Part shown: positions 18,669 to 28,105 of the stretch, in pieces | How the letters are laid out: every line of letters starts with the position of its first letter | Numbering within the stretch: the stretch's first letter is position 1 | Origin: an uncultured virus (IMG/VR IMGVR_UViG_3300029305_009146) | Taxonomy: Duplodnaviria > Heunggongvirae > Uroviricota > Caudoviricetes | Length of the DNA stretch: 64,000 bases | Reading direction: 5' to 3' (one strand) | Virus record (IMG/VR): IMGVR_UViG_3300029305_009146 | Position numbers and translations under genes: made by a program | The notes under the pieces: model-generated | Seen by the model: the letters and a program-made list of their open reading frames with translations, nothing else | The model's database searches: none | Told to the model about the DNA's origin: nothing

Positions 18669-19097
18669 CTATCGATTTATACATCTTTCATGAAGGTATA
18701 CATCAAGTCCGGTTTCTTTATCCAGGTTTCGCTTTTTTATAAATGAAAACACACACTGAATGCTTAAAGAGACGCCGTGTCTCATCCCTATTACTCTTAT
18801 TGCTTGGGAAAATGAAGGAAAATATTCCCCATGATAAATAAACTTTTTACTGATACGTTCCCGCTCAGCAGCAAGAAACTCTGCTCTTTTCGCTTTTCGT
18901 TTTTCTAAATCCTCGTAATAAGTGAGTAATCCATCAATTGCCTCTTCCGTAGACAGGTTGTGCTTCCTCTTATAAGAATAGAGTGAAGCGTAAGTGAACA
19001 TCGGCACCTGGTTTATAGACGGGTACCATGTCCCATCAATGTAAACGCGCTTAGCGCACCCCGGCTCTGCCTCTTGTATTTTTATGTTATGACACAT
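18669..19097 (-). CDS. Putative DNA-binding protein with two small repeats
   Basis: YIDGTWYPSI / IYHGEYFPSF units resembling repeats of 19448-20239. Confidence 0.65.
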   Translation of the reverse strand: MCHNIKIQEAEPGCAKRVYIDGTWYPSINQVPMFTYASLYSYKRKHNLSTEEAIDGLLTYYEDLEKRKAKRAEFLAAERERISKKFIYHGEYFPSFSQAIRVIGMRHGVSLSIQCVFSFIKKRNLDKETGLDVYLHERCINR

Positions 19098-19120
19098 AAT
19101 CATCCTCCTATATTTCACAT

Positions 19121-19372
19121 TTATCTATCTTCTTTTTCGTAATGGTCACGTACTACTTTCTTGTTTCGACTGCACTGAGAACATAAACTGGAACCAAGAT
19201 GGGCGCATGATTCACAGACCAGTCCCTTTACAGCCTCTTTGCAGAGAAGCTTATAAACCTCGGCGAATGATAACCCGTATTGCAGCGCCAGGTCTAATAC
19301 ATCTTTGTTATTCCGCACACTGCCTCCCCTATAGCAGGCGAGTATTATTTTCTTTGTTCTTGCGTTCATCAC
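19121..19372 (-). CDS. Small Cys-rich (Zn-binding?) protein
   Basis: CESC..CSQC; GGAGG SD. Confidence 0.7.
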   Translation of the reverse strand: MMNARTKKIILACYRGGSVRNNKDVLDLALQYGLSFAEVYKLLCKEAVKGLVCESCAHLGSSLCSQCSRNKKVVRDHYEKEDR

Positions 19373-19464
19373 ACACCTCCTACAGCAGACAACGTTTTTG
19401 AACCTCGCTTTATAATGACTTCTTTATATATATTCCCTTTATGGTCTTTACTGATTTTGCTCAT
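19369..19464 (-). pseudogene. 31-aa remnant of a DH.G-repeat protein
   Basis: MSKISKDHKGNIYKE... matches start of neighbouring repeats; SD AGGAG. Confidence 0.5.
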
Positions 19465-20239
19465 TTTTATCTCCTATTATTTTACTTCTTTTTTTAACAA
19501 TTTCCTTTATAGAGAGGCCGTTTGTTCGGTCCATACTATAAGTCCCTGATGGAATTTGGTGGTATTCACATAACTCTTTTACAGAAAGAAATGAATTTCC
19601 AAACTCATCCCGTACCGGCTTTCTGCGCGAGTCTTCGTTTTTTAGACACAGTTCTTGAGTCAGCCCCATTCTTTTCCTGGCATAATAGGTTTTTGTTTCA
19701 ACGCCATAATAATCGCACATATCGGCAACACTTCGGAATTCATTCCCTAAGTGGTCCCGGCATTTATTCGGACATAAACGTTCCGGAGACAGCGAATCCT
19801 TTATACTATATCCAGCTGCTCTGCGGCGGGAATATTTTGACTCTGATATTTTATGATATCTGCACATTTCCCGTTGTGAATCAAACACGTTTCCCAAATG
19901 GTCCCGACATTGTTTTCTCTTTCTTTTTCCGGTTAATGCCTCTTCTTTTGTCCAGCCACGTTCTATGCGATGACAATATGTAGATAAATGAATGCCATAA
20001 TCTTTGCACATTTGCCCTTTGGAAGAATAATGAAAACCTAAATGGTCTTCGCACGGCTGTTGATTAAATACAGAATCATTTCTTGCGTATGCGATAAAAT
20101 CTCCGGTTAACGCCTCACGTATAGGAATGCCCCTGTCTATTCTTGCGCGATAAGTTGCAAGACCAACATTGTATTCTCTGCACATAGCAGATTCACTCCG
20201 GTATTTAGTTCCTCTATGGTCTGTACATGCGTTACTCAT
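19448..20239 (-). CDS. Five-repeat putative DNA-binding protein
   Basis: 5x C.DH.G..(F/Y).S...MC..Y....TY..R...G. Confidence 0.8.
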   Translation of the reverse strand: MSNACTDHRGTKYRSESAMCREYNVGLATYRARIDRGIPIREALTGDFIAYARNDSVFNQQPCEDHLGFHYSSKGQMCKDYGIHLSTYCHRIERGWTKEEALTGKRKRKQCRDHLGNVFDSQREMCRYHKISESKYSRRRAAGYSIKDSLSPERLCPNKCRDHLGNEFRSVADMCDYYGVETKTYYARKRMGLTQELCLKNEDSRRKPVRDEFGNSFLSVKELCEYHQIPSGTYSMDRTNGLSIKEIVKKRSKIIGDKNEQNQ

Positions 20240-20274
20240 GAATATCTTCCCTTCTTGCACATTTCTATATATCC

Positions 20275-20285
20275 GTTAAGGAAAA
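20275..20285 (-). promoter_or_regulatory. TTCC(C)TTAAC element motif
   Basis: Upstream of 20239. Confidence 0.7.
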
Positions 20286-20303
20286 ACTTTTCAAGAAAAA
20301 TAA

Positions 20304-20329
20304 AAAAAGAGGTTGTTACGCCTCTTTTT
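20304..20329 (-). terminator. AGAGG-stem family terminator
   Basis: AAAAAGAGG-ttgttacg-CCTCTTTTT. Confidence 0.8.
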
Positions 20330-20346
20330 ATCAATCACAAAACCGC

Positions 20347-21678
20347 TTAACTACATAAATAACGGGTGTCAGACCTTTTTTCTATATCATCTTCTTGTTC
20401 CTTCTGCCGAAGTTTTTCCACAAAATAATCTTCCGTAGCGTTAATCAGAGAAAATCCTCCAATATCCAAGCGAATTATCTGTGTCGGCCCTTCCGGTGTT
20501 CTCGTCTTTAATATCTGGCTGTATGCCTTCATGGACAGTTCCAGAATTGTTGCATAAATTAACCGACAGCCGAACTCGCCGGAAGCAGACTCTATAAGAT
20601 TGTCCTTAAGTCGTTCGGAAAGCTCCAGAGGAGTGTTTAACTTATAAGATATATGTAGACGAGCCTTTTCAATAATACCGACAATTACTTCTGTTCCAAG
20701 AGCATGAAAGTTTATGATAAGCGAAAAACGTCCCACAAACTCATGCGAGCACCCAAACTCGAGAAGGTCTTCCCGTGTAATATCATCAAAATATCCGACA
20801 TCCTTTGTTTGTAACGTAAAACCAATATGCTTTTCTTCCGACTTTCTCTTCTTTTCTTCCCGGATGGCGTTAAAAGAGCCGCAGCCGATGAACATCGTCA
20901 GCTCTGTATCAACATAGATGTTTCCTTTCTTTTTGGTCGGGTACCATTCAGACTTTCCTTCTACCAGCGACAAAAGCTGGCCTTGGACTTCATGTCCGAC
21001 ATTTACTCCTTCTGCGGAATATTGCGGAGCCAAACGTTTATCAAGCTCGTCGAGGAACAGAATCCCGTAGCCACCGGTTTCGCTCATAATAAGGTCCGCA
21101 ATAATATCTGCGGTGTCCTTGCCTTTAAAACCTTCTGTGGTTATTTGCGTTGTATCTACGTAGGAGATTACAAGCAGAGGCAGGGTTTCTCTGAAATAAT
21201 CCTTGAGCGCACGGTAAGTTTCTGTTTTTCCGCTTCCGGACGGGGCTGTAAGAATTGTATTAAGCTTTGGCGGAATCCCAGTTTTTGCAATTCCTTCGAC
21301 ATAGTTATATACCGCCGCAAGAAGCAAGTCTAAGTGCTCCTGTCCCATCACTCTTTCCGCTATTTTATCCGAAAAATCAGCAAAGGACACCGTCTGCACA
21401 AAGCGCTTTGCTTCTTTTCTTAACCGCGCCGGATATGTCTTGTCTACGCTCTGGTCTTCGGCGCAGCGTTCCTTTTTACAGGCAGAAATAAACTCCGGGA
21501 GGTCTTCGTCAAAGAAACGTCCGAAATAACTATGCATAATATCGTTTTCAGTAATAATGTTTTTTTCTTTCCAGTCGCAATCATCTCTTAATAAACACTT
21601 ACGACAACCGTTTCTTTTATTTCTGGTTTGTTTGCAGATTTCAAACAAACGTGCATATGCATTTTTTTGTTTATCCAC
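20347..21678 (-). CDS. ClpX-like AAA+ ATPase (divergent)
   Basis: VMGQE, Walker A APSGSGKT, TTEGFKG, Walker B LFLDELDK, VQGQLLSLVEG, IGF loop, EFVGRF; N-terminal Cys cluster. Confidence 0.85.
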   Translation of the reverse strand: MDKQKNAYARLFEICKQTRNKRNGCRKCLLRDDCDWKEKNIITENDIMHSYFGRFFDEDLPEFISACKKERCAEDQSVDKTYPARLRKEAKRFVQTVSFADFSDKIAERVMGQEHLDLLLAAVYNYVEGIAKTGIPPKLNTILTAPSGSGKTETYRALKDYFRETLPLLVISYVDTTQITTEGFKGKDTADIIADLIMSETGGYGILFLDELDKRLAPQYSAEGVNVGHEVQGQLLSLVEGKSEWYPTKKKGNIYVDTELTMFIGCGSFNAIREEKKRKSEEKHIGFTLQTKDVGYFDDITREDLLEFGCSHEFVGRFSLIINFHALGTEVIVGIIEKARLHISYKLNTPLELSERLKDNLIESASGEFGCRLIYATILELSMKAYSQILKTRTPEGPTQIIRLDIGGFSLINATEDYFVEKLRQKEQEDDIEKRSDTRYLCS

Positions 21679-21708
21679 AGCAATTCTCCAATCATATCTT
21701 GGTATTTT

Positions 21709-21720
21709 TGTTAAGGAAAA
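21709..21720 (-). promoter_or_regulatory. TTCC(C)TTAAC element motif
   Basis: Upstream of 21678. Confidence 0.7.
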
Positions 21721-21803
21721 TATTTTACTAAAAATGAAAAAGAGGAGAACTTATTTCTTCTCTTTTGTTTGTCACTTATAGCCGGGATATACGATATCTG
21801 CAT

Positions 21804-22175
21804 TTACCGCTCTATCTCCCGGGGATTGTCATGAAGCTTGTTAAGCATTGCAGTGGTAGCATCTACAATCCCAAGAGCCTGCCTATGACGTCTTTCGAGC
21901 TCTTTTACCAAAAGACGCTTTGCAAACGCCTCGTTTTCCTGCGGGCAGACTACATACGCGTACCAGTGATTTTTCACTCCGTGAATTGTGTTAAATGCAT
22001 CCGGAGTATAAGTGCTGTCTAAGTAAAACGGACAGCCCGGCGTTTTTTCAATATGGCAGGTTCCGTGATGATTTTCATACGGGAAACAGCGTTTTTCATA
22101 CCGGTAATAATATTCTCCGTTTTCATACTCCAGACAAACAGCATAGAAATAAAGGTTTGCATTCTCTTTTTTCAT
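21804..22175 (-). CDS. Hypothetical protein
   Basis: SD; ends REIER. Confidence 0.8.
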   Translation of the reverse strand: MKKENANLYFYAVCLEYENGEYYYRYEKRCFPYENHHGTCHIEKTPGCPFYLDSTYTPDAFNTIHGVKNHWYAYVVCPQENEAFAKRLLVKELERRHRQALGIVDATTAMLNKLHDNPREIER

Positions 22176-22177
22176 AA

Positions 22178-22286
22178 TTATCTCCTTTCCTGCAGCTCTT
22201 TTTCATCTTGACAGCCTCAATGCTGTATCAAAAACTTCCTCTTTGTTGTTCAGTTGTTTAAGGTACATATTTATGTAATAACTCAT
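22178..22286 (-). pseudogene. Short gene remnant
   Basis: SD + 27-codon ORF (22203-22286); out-of-frame tail QDEKELQERR*. Confidence 0.4.
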
Positions 22287-22299
22287 AGTATCTCCTTTC

Positions 22300-23265
22300 T
22301 TATAAGAGCATTACGCGAAACATTTCTTCAAAAATAGGTACGGAAATCGAATTGCCGGCCTGCTCATACAAAACCCGGTTCATTTTCCCCGGGATACCCG
22401 GATTTGCTCTCCTTGCGTTTTCAAAGTCCTCATCTGTATATCCCTGGAGCCGCCAACATTCGCGCTCTGTCAGATACCGGTACGTTCCATCTCCAAGGTC
22501 TACAATCTGTGCCGGAGTCCGGTCCTGTCTGGTGGTAATGGTAAAAGCATGGTCACGAATTACCGTAGCCCGACGGATTCCTTTATCTCCAATGCAGGAA
22601 AGAATACTTGGCTGAGTCACATGATAATATTCCGGCACGTTTTCTTCCAAAAATTCAGAGATATGTTTCATTGGTCTGTGGGAAAGTTTTTCAAAATCAA
22701 ACTTATCTCCGATAAGGGAGCTTACCGTGAATACCCGGTCTCTGTCCTGTGGGAGTCCAAAATCCATGGAGTTTAATACTGCATAGCTATTGGTATAGCC
22801 CAGTTTTTCCATTTCAAGAAGATACTTGGAAAAGTTGTGTTTGTTGTAGGACCCGAGCACATTTTTCACGTTCTCCCAAATAACATATCGCGGTTTCCAC
22901 TCTCCCATCTGCTTGATAATCCGGATGGTTTCCCACATGAGAGAGCTTCTGGTTCCGCTTCCTTCATCCGCGCCTTTTCCGCGATTTACTCGTCCGCCTT
23001 CTTTGGTTGCCTTGCCCTGATGTCCGCTGATAGACATATCCTGGCATGGGGAACCGTGAACAAGAATATCCGGTCTAAGATTCCAGCCAATGACATTCTG
23101 CTCCTTATATGGGAGTTCTTTTTCAAACATTGCATTGTAAGAACGAACTGCTTTTTCGTTGATTTCTACATAATCAATGGATTTTGTTGGGATATGCAGA
23201 TTTCTAAGCCCGCACCGTGGAGCTCCGATACCACCAAACAATTCTAAAATTTGAATTTCCTTCAT
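22300..23265 (-). CDS. DNA (cytosine-5)-methyltransferase, orphan
   Basis: ELFGGIG, GSPCQD, WENV, PQDRDRVF, QAGNS motifs. Confidence 0.95.
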   Translation of the reverse strand: MKEIQILELFGGIGAPRCGLRNLHIPTKSIDYVEINEKAVRSYNAMFEKELPYKEQNVIGWNLRPDILVHGSPCQDMSISGHQGKATKEGGRVNRGKGADEGSGTRSSLMWETIRIIKQMGEWKPRYVIWENVKNVLGSYNKHNFSKYLLEMEKLGYTNSYAVLNSMDFGLPQDRDRVFTVSSLIGDKFDFEKLSHRPMKHISEFLEENVPEYYHVTQPSILSCIGDKGIRRATVIRDHAFTITTRQDRTPAQIVDLGDGTYRYLTERECWRLQGYTDEDFENARRANPGIPGKMNRVLYEQAGNSISVPIFEEMFRVMLL

Positions 23266-23294
23266 GTTTTCCCTCCAATGCTTTTCTCTATATA

Positions 23295-23306
23295 GTTAAG
23301 GGAAAA
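23295..23306 (-). promoter_or_regulatory. TTCC(C)TTAAC element motif
   Basis: Upstream of 23265. Confidence 0.7.
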
Positions 23307-23420
23307 ATAACGCCACAAGAAAAATTTTCCCGTGGCGTTTGTTATTTTATTTATCCGGTTAAGTATATTCCTTTCCTTCAGTCGGATACTCTGAATAAAT
23401 TGGATAGGTTTTGTCCGGAA

Positions 23421-24170
23421 TTATTCTTCAAACAGTTCTTTTCCCCTTTCTGCGACTTGTTTATTGTATTCCCGTCCTCGTTCTGTAAGAAATAACGTTA
23501 TTTTCTCAGGTAACAACCGGCTCCGATGCGCAACCTCGGTAACCAGTTCTTGGACATCCACGTCTCTTTTCCCATAATAAAGTCGCAGTATCCGTTCAAT
23601 TTTGCCCATCAGAAAGCGGAAATTTGTTGCTTCTTCCATCCACTGTGTACGTTCCTTCTCTGATTTACGGAGTTCGCCCTGAAGCTTAGAGATACTATCT
23701 ATGTCGGCTGCATCTCTAAGCTTTTGCATCTTATAGCTCATGCTCCGGACCATAGATTCCTTTAACATGACCTCTTGTTCCGGGGATAACTCTTGCTTTT
23801 TGGGATTTTTCACAATCTCAACCCCGTCGGACCATGAGTTCGGGCACGGGATGGCGATACCAACATAATCCGGAGTAAATTCTTCCGGGCGCTCGCATAT
23901 CTTTTGGTACAGTTCTCGCGTAACAAAGAGATAATTGTAATGCCCATACCAAGATTTCTTTGCTTTGCTTTTAAGGTCAGCAAGGGTTACCTTGATTTCG
24001 TAACATCGAAGGGTGCCTTTACTGTCCATAGTGCAGAAATCTACAATCTCATTGCCGTGTCCATTGTTATAAAAACCAATGGTAACTTCTTCACATCCGT
24101 AAATCCTGCGCTTTTTGCACATTTGCCGGAGTATTTCTTCAATTTCCAGTGTCTCTTTCCGTTTTGCCAT
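23421..24170 (-). CDS. PD-(D/E)xK nuclease-like protein (MmcB-like)
   Basis: EV..IVD..CYEIKVTLADL pattern plus coiled coil. Confidence 0.65.
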   Translation of the reverse strand: MAKRKETLEIEEILRQMCKKRRIYGCEEVTIGFYNNGHGNEIVDFCTMDSKGTLRCYEIKVTLADLKSKAKKSWYGHYNYLFVTRELYQKICERPEEFTPDYVGIAIPCPNSWSDGVEIVKNPKKQELSPEQEVMLKESMVRSMSYKMQKLRDAADIDSISKLQGELRKSEKERTQWMEEATNFRFLMGKIERILRLYYGKRDVDVQELVTEVAHRSRLLPEKITLFLTERGREYNKQVAERGKELFEE

Positions 24171-24184
24171 TTTTTCTCCTTATC

Positions 24185-24361
24185 TTAGAATACAAAGGGC
24201 ATTACGAGCATTATCAACGCAAGAAAAACGAACCCCACTGCCATACCAATGACCCCGCCTTTTGCAATTTCTTCCTTTGCCTTAGCAATCTCAAGCTGCT
24301 CTTTTGCCAAATCTCGCCTTGCGTCTGCATACTTTGGTGTTTCTTTCTTTTGCTTCATCAT
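24185..24361 (-). CDS. Small membrane protein
   Basis: C-terminal hydrophobic helix; GGAGG SD. Confidence 0.75.
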   Translation of the reverse strand: MMKQKKETPKYADARRDLAKEQLEIAKAKEEIAKGGVIGMAVGFVFLALIMLVMPFVF

Positions 24362-24374
24362 TACACCTCCTAAT

Positions 24375-24932
24375 CTAACATCGTTCATATTTACTGTGGC
24401 AGCGTCTTTTGGTATTTACGTATTGTATTGCAAACGACTCCGCTTCCTCTTTAGTATTCCATTTTACTTGTTCGCCATTAGTTAACTGTACGTTCCCGAT
24501 ATACGCATACCAGTGAGTTCCTGCGGGCCACTTTTTTATGCGAATATCTTCCGCAGAAAACACCGGAAAGTCAAAGCCTTCTTTTGAATATATCTGTTTT
24601 GCTTCTCTTTTCCAGTTATATCCGCCTACGCTGTTAATGTATACTTGTCCGTGCTCAACGAGAACGTCAGACGCATTTTTATAGAACGATTCCTTCAAAA
24701 ATGTTAACTCAGAAAAGAAGGATGTATCCTTGAAGCTTGCTAAAGAGTCACATACACATGCAAAGTGGTTGGTGTAATGTCCCTTAATGTTATTTCTTTT
24801 AAGTTCCAAAAACTCTTTTGTTGCAAGCAACTCGTCCTGCAAAAAGACATCTATCATATAAGCATCCAGTTCTTCTTGCGAAGTTATTTTTAACCACCAT
24901 GCTCTTCCGTCATGAATAAAAGTATGCTTCAT
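24375..24932 (-). CDS. Hypothetical protein
   Basis: Start moved to MKHTFI with GGAGG SD. Confidence 0.8.
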   Translation of the reverse strand: MKHTFIHDGRAWWLKITSQEELDAYMIDVFLQDELLATKEFLELKRNNIKGHYTNHFACVCDSLASFKDTSFFSELTFLKESFYKNASDVLVEHGQVYINSVGGYNWKREAKQIYSKEGFDFPVFSAEDIRIKKWPAGTHWYAYIGNVQLTNGEQVKWNTKEEAESFAIQYVNTKRRCHSKYERC

Positions 24933-24949
24933 AATACACCTCCAAATTC

Positions 24950-25279
24950 TTATGCCGGATAAAAACCATGCTCGAAGAACCACTGCATGTTTACACCATC
25001 CGGAACCTTGTCAAAAACATGCTTTTTCCATATATCGTAGTGATACTTCAGAGTATCGTAATCCCTGCTCGTAAAGTCCAGTTCCATGCCGGTATCGTCT
25101 GCTCCCCAGACGCACATCCGGACAAGGTAATGGTCGATTCTCGGCTTATAACTCAGAAAAATGCTGAGTTTTACCTTGTTATCCGGATAATTCGGATACC
25201 AGTCATCGGTTACGGTAACCATACGGTCTACTCGAAATTGGTTTAACCCCTCGATGGGGTTTCTCTTTTTCTTTCCCAT
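24950..25279 (-). CDS. Hypothetical protein
   Basis: SD; DDWYP..WGADD motif. Confidence 0.8.
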   Translation of the reverse strand: MGKKKRNPIEGLNQFRVDRMVTVTDDWYPNYPDNKVKLSIFLSYKPRIDHYLVRMCVWGADDTGMELDFTSRDYDTLKYHYDIWKKHVFDKVPDGVNMQWFFEHGFYPA

Positions 25280-25288
25280 AAAGGCCTC

Positions 25289-25558
25289 CTATTTTATGTT
25301 CCCATAACGGGTCAAGTCATACATGCCGGTTCTGTAGATTTCCCGGACAATTGAGTTACAATCATGCAGTTCTATTCCCGGAATACCAGAAGCAATGTCT
25401 TCCATATCGACAAAGTACAGTCCGATTCCGGAGGCTTCGATGTCATCAAAGTCTTCCAGTTTATCGGTATATCCAATTTCCATTATTTCTAAAGCTACAT
25501 AATCTCCGTCTTCGTCTGAACATAGCACTCTCATAGGATAACCCTCCTTCTCTACCAC
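25289..25558 (-). CDS. Acidic hypothetical protein
   Basis: ORF; true start may be the internal MRVL. Confidence 0.7.
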   Translation of the reverse strand: MVEKEGYPMRVLCSDEDGDYVALEIMEIGYTDKLEDFDDIEASGIGLYFVDMEDIASGIPGIELHDCNSIVREIYRTGMYDLTRYGNIK

Positions 25559-25773
25559 ATCATTATTTTGTCAATTATTTCTCTTAGTTTATCTCCGAAG
25601 ATGCCATAATGCAAAGTCAACGGCAAGTAATATAAGAATGTCACCAGTAAAAACACTTGAATTGACCAGACGTCACATCCCAAGAGCATGAGGAACACAA
25701 GAGCTACGAAATAGCAGGACAGCTCATACAAGGTTGTAAGGAATGTTACAACGCGAATCCACATATCTCTCAC
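25552..25773 (-). CDS. Small membrane protein
   Basis: Two hydrophobic segments. Confidence 0.65.
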   Translation of the reverse strand: MRDMWIRVVTFLTTLYELSCYFVALVFLMLLGCDVWSIQVFLLVTFLYYLPLTLHYGIFGDKLREIIDKIMMW

Positions 25774-25781
25774 CGGAGCAC

Positions 25782-26732
25782 CTACTTTCTGAATTTTTCC
25801 AAGATGGTAATTGCAACTGTAATCCCTTCGTCAGATGCCTTATCTGCGGCTTCAAGGAGCTTCTTTAAACGGCCGTCTACCGGAGAAGTTTCGGAAGCGT
25901 TAAAGAACGCCTTCGCAATATCCTTTTCCACCTTTGCAAGGTCATCAAGCTTCTGCTTTACCTGTGCCACACCGGTCTTATATGCCTCTGCGATTGCCTT
26001 TTCATCAAGAGCCTCACTCTTTTTAAGTCCGAGCGTCTTTCTTACAAAAGTTTCGGATTCCTCAGAAAGAAACTGCTTCTTGCCGCTCTTCTTTGGAGAG
26101 GCGGTTCTTGTTCTTTTTGGCTTTTCGCTTTCTTTCGGTTGTTCCTTCGGCTGATTCTTAATCTCCTTAAACATCGGCCGCTCAGAAATCGGACGGCTAT
26201 CCTCCGGATTGCGGGACTCACAACGGTCTTCGTAATTACAGTTCGTATGTCCGGTTTCGTCTAATCTGCAATGTGCACACTCTGTGCAATACACCTGCTT
26301 ATCATTCATCTTCTTTTCCTCCTTCTTTGTAGCCGCAACTTCCCCGACAACAAATTTCGAGTCTGCTGCTCTTACAAAAGCTTTTAAAACATCCTCTTCT
26401 ACCGGTTTTTTCCCCGCAAAAAGCTCCGGCTTCGGCATAAAGTCGTCTTTTGCCGGTTTTACTTCTGAGGCCTTTTCTTTAGATTCCCGTTCCTTTGCCG
26501 GGGCTGCCGCCGGAGTCTCGACCTTTTCCGTCGGCCTTACCTTTGTCTTTGGAATATCAACTCCAAGTTTTTCACAAATACGCTTTACCTCGTCTGTGGA
26601 TGGTTCCGCGGTACCGCGCATCCAGTTCTTTACTTTATCGTCCGGAATACCAAGCCCTCTTGTCACATGCCTAAGATTAGTTCCGACAGCGCCCGCCTTT
26701 GAAATAAGTTCAGCCACCAATACACTGGTCAT
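25782..26732 (-). CDS. XRE-like HTH protein with central Cys motif
   Basis: LGIPDDKVKNWMRGTAEPS..ICEKLGV HTH; CTECAHC..C..C. Confidence 0.7.
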   Translation of the reverse strand: MTSVLVAELISKAGAVGTNLRHVTRGLGIPDDKVKNWMRGTAEPSTDEVKRICEKLGVDIPKTKVRPTEKVETPAAAPAKERESKEKASEVKPAKDDFMPKPELFAGKKPVEEDVLKAFVRAADSKFVVGEVAATKKEEKKMNDKQVYCTECAHCRLDETGHTNCNYEDRCESRNPEDSRPISERPMFKEIKNQPKEQPKESEKPKRTRTASPKKSGKKQFLSEESETFVRKTLGLKKSEALDEKAIAEAYKTGVAQVKQKLDDLAKVEKDIAKAFFNASETSPVDGRLKKLLEAADKASDEGITVAITILEKFRK

Positions 26733-26877
26733 ACTTTTCTTCCTCCTTAATTTCTCTTAAATCATGCAATAATTCAAGTACAGCCTTAACGCAACTCTTT
26801 GCTTCTTGGACTATAAAAATCCCACTTGCAAACAATGCGATTACTGAAAAGATTAGCCATAGTATAGTTCCTGTCAT
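26710..26877 (-). CDS. Small membrane protein
   Basis: Start moved to MTGTILW; TM helix. Confidence 0.7.
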   Translation of the reverse strand: MTGTILWLIFSVIALFASGIFIVQEAKSCVKAVLELLHDLREIKEEEKYDQCIGG

Positions 26878-26915
26878 TCCACACCGCCTTTCTGCCGAGC
26901 GATTTTTTCTATATA

Positions 26916-26927
26916 TGTTAAGGAAAA
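26916..26927 (-). promoter_or_regulatory. TTCC(C)TTAAC element motif
   Basis: Upstream of 26877. Confidence 0.7.
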
Positions 26928-26972
26928 TATTTAGCCCAAAATAAAAAAGCCCTGAAAAGTCAAGGCTTTTTA

Positions 26973-27068
26973 TCAAATGTCATTGTCAAATAAGTCTTTT
27001 GTCATAAAGCGGAAGAACCTACGAAACAAAACTTTTGTTCGCCGCCAAAAAGTAAGTTTTCTTCTCAC
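26973..27068 (-). CDS. 31-aa Arg/Phe-rich peptide
   Basis: GTG start with GAGGTG SD; MRRKLTFWRRTKVLFRRFFRFMTKDLFDNDI. Confidence 0.5.
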   Translation of the reverse strand: MRRKLTFWRRTKVLFRRFFRFMTKDLFDNDI

Positions 27069-27071
27069 TGC

Positions 27072-27398
27072 TTATACACCTCGTTTTTCTTGTACAATCT
27101 CCTCACAGTCGGCGCCCGTTTCAATATCAAAAGGCTTATTCTTGATTTTAATCGCTTCAAATACACACATAACCGCCATCATTGTCGGAATAATAAACGT
27201 CATAATCTTTATAATCCATATGAGTTCACTTCCTTTTATGATGGACGCCATTGCAATCGCCAAAATACACATTGAGCTTCTCACTGCTGGAAAATACAAA
27301 CGAGCATCATCATAATAAATCCGCATAAACCAAACAGCGCACACAGCAAGCCCGAGAATCACGATGCACAAAAACGCGACAATATCGATTAAACTCAT
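27072..27398 (-). CDS. Membrane protein (3 TM)
   Basis: Hydrophobic segments; ATGA coupling. Confidence 0.75.
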   Translation of the reverse strand: MSLIDIVAFLCIVILGLAVCAVWFMRIYYDDARLYFPAVRSSMCILAIAMASIIKGSELIWIIKIMTFIIPTMMAVMCVFEAIKIKNKPFDIETGADCEEIVQEKRGV

Positions 27399-28078
27399 TT
27401 CTCCATCTCCTTTCTAAGGGAGTCTTTGATGTAATATTCTACGCCAAGTTCTTCGCACAAAGCCTCTGCTTTTTTACCAAACTCCTTCCAGTTGATATCG
27501 AACGGATGGTAGTTAAGCTTTCCGATTTTCATCCGGTCGGTGAAAGGCGCTATTTCTCTGATATTTGCCAAGACCACATCCGCATCCACTACCGGTTCAA
27601 AGGATACCCACGTATGGATTCCGCGCTCGTGAGCTTCCCGCAAAGCCGCGATACGCTTTTCGGAGCTCATGCAGTGTTCATTTTCGGTCCCATCAAGGGT
27701 AATGCCAAACCAGTCGTTTTCATCCAGTAAATCGAAATCTCTTGTAATAGCATTCTTGGTCAAAATCTGTACATGATTGCCGTATTCCTTTAACACCTTG
27801 ATAATTTCCCGGGTGGCAGAACTGTCATGCCCCATCGGATATGGGTCGCAGGTAAAACACAAATGAATAGTCTTGCCGGTGATGTATTCCGCTTGTGCCT
27901 TGGTTGCTTCTACTATCCCGTCTCTCGGGGCTACATTTGAATGGAACAAGTCTCGTTCTTTCCGCAACACTCCCGGGGCAAAACAGTACCGGCAGCGGTG
28001 GCTGCACCCCGTATAGATATTCAACGCGTAGTCGCCGTATTCTTTTGCGGCTCCCCGCGGTTCATAAATCGGTTTCAT
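27395..28078 (-). CDS. Radical SAM protein (SPL-like phage/plasmid family)
   Basis: GCSHRCRYC, CDPY, ILTK, WVSFEP. Confidence 0.85.
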   Translation of the reverse strand: MKPIYEPRGAAKEYGDYALNIYTGCSHRCRYCFAPGVLRKERDLFHSNVAPRDGIVEATKAQAEYITGKTIHLCFTCDPYPMGHDSSATREIIKVLKEYGNHVQILTKNAITRDFDLLDENDWFGITLDGTENEHCMSSEKRIAALREAHERGIHTWVSFEPVVDADVVLANIREIAPFTDRMKIGKLNYHPFDINWKEFGKKAEALCEELGVEYYIKDSLRKEMEK

Positions 28079-28105
28079 AAAAACCCTCCTTTTATACTAA
28101 ACATA

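Noticed and set aside
22300..24170. Type II restriction-modification pair (C5 MTase plus PD-(D/E)xK protein)
   Set aside because: Separated by a terminator and a new motif promoter; the nuclease looks like the MmcB-like phage family, not a REase. Not fully excluded.
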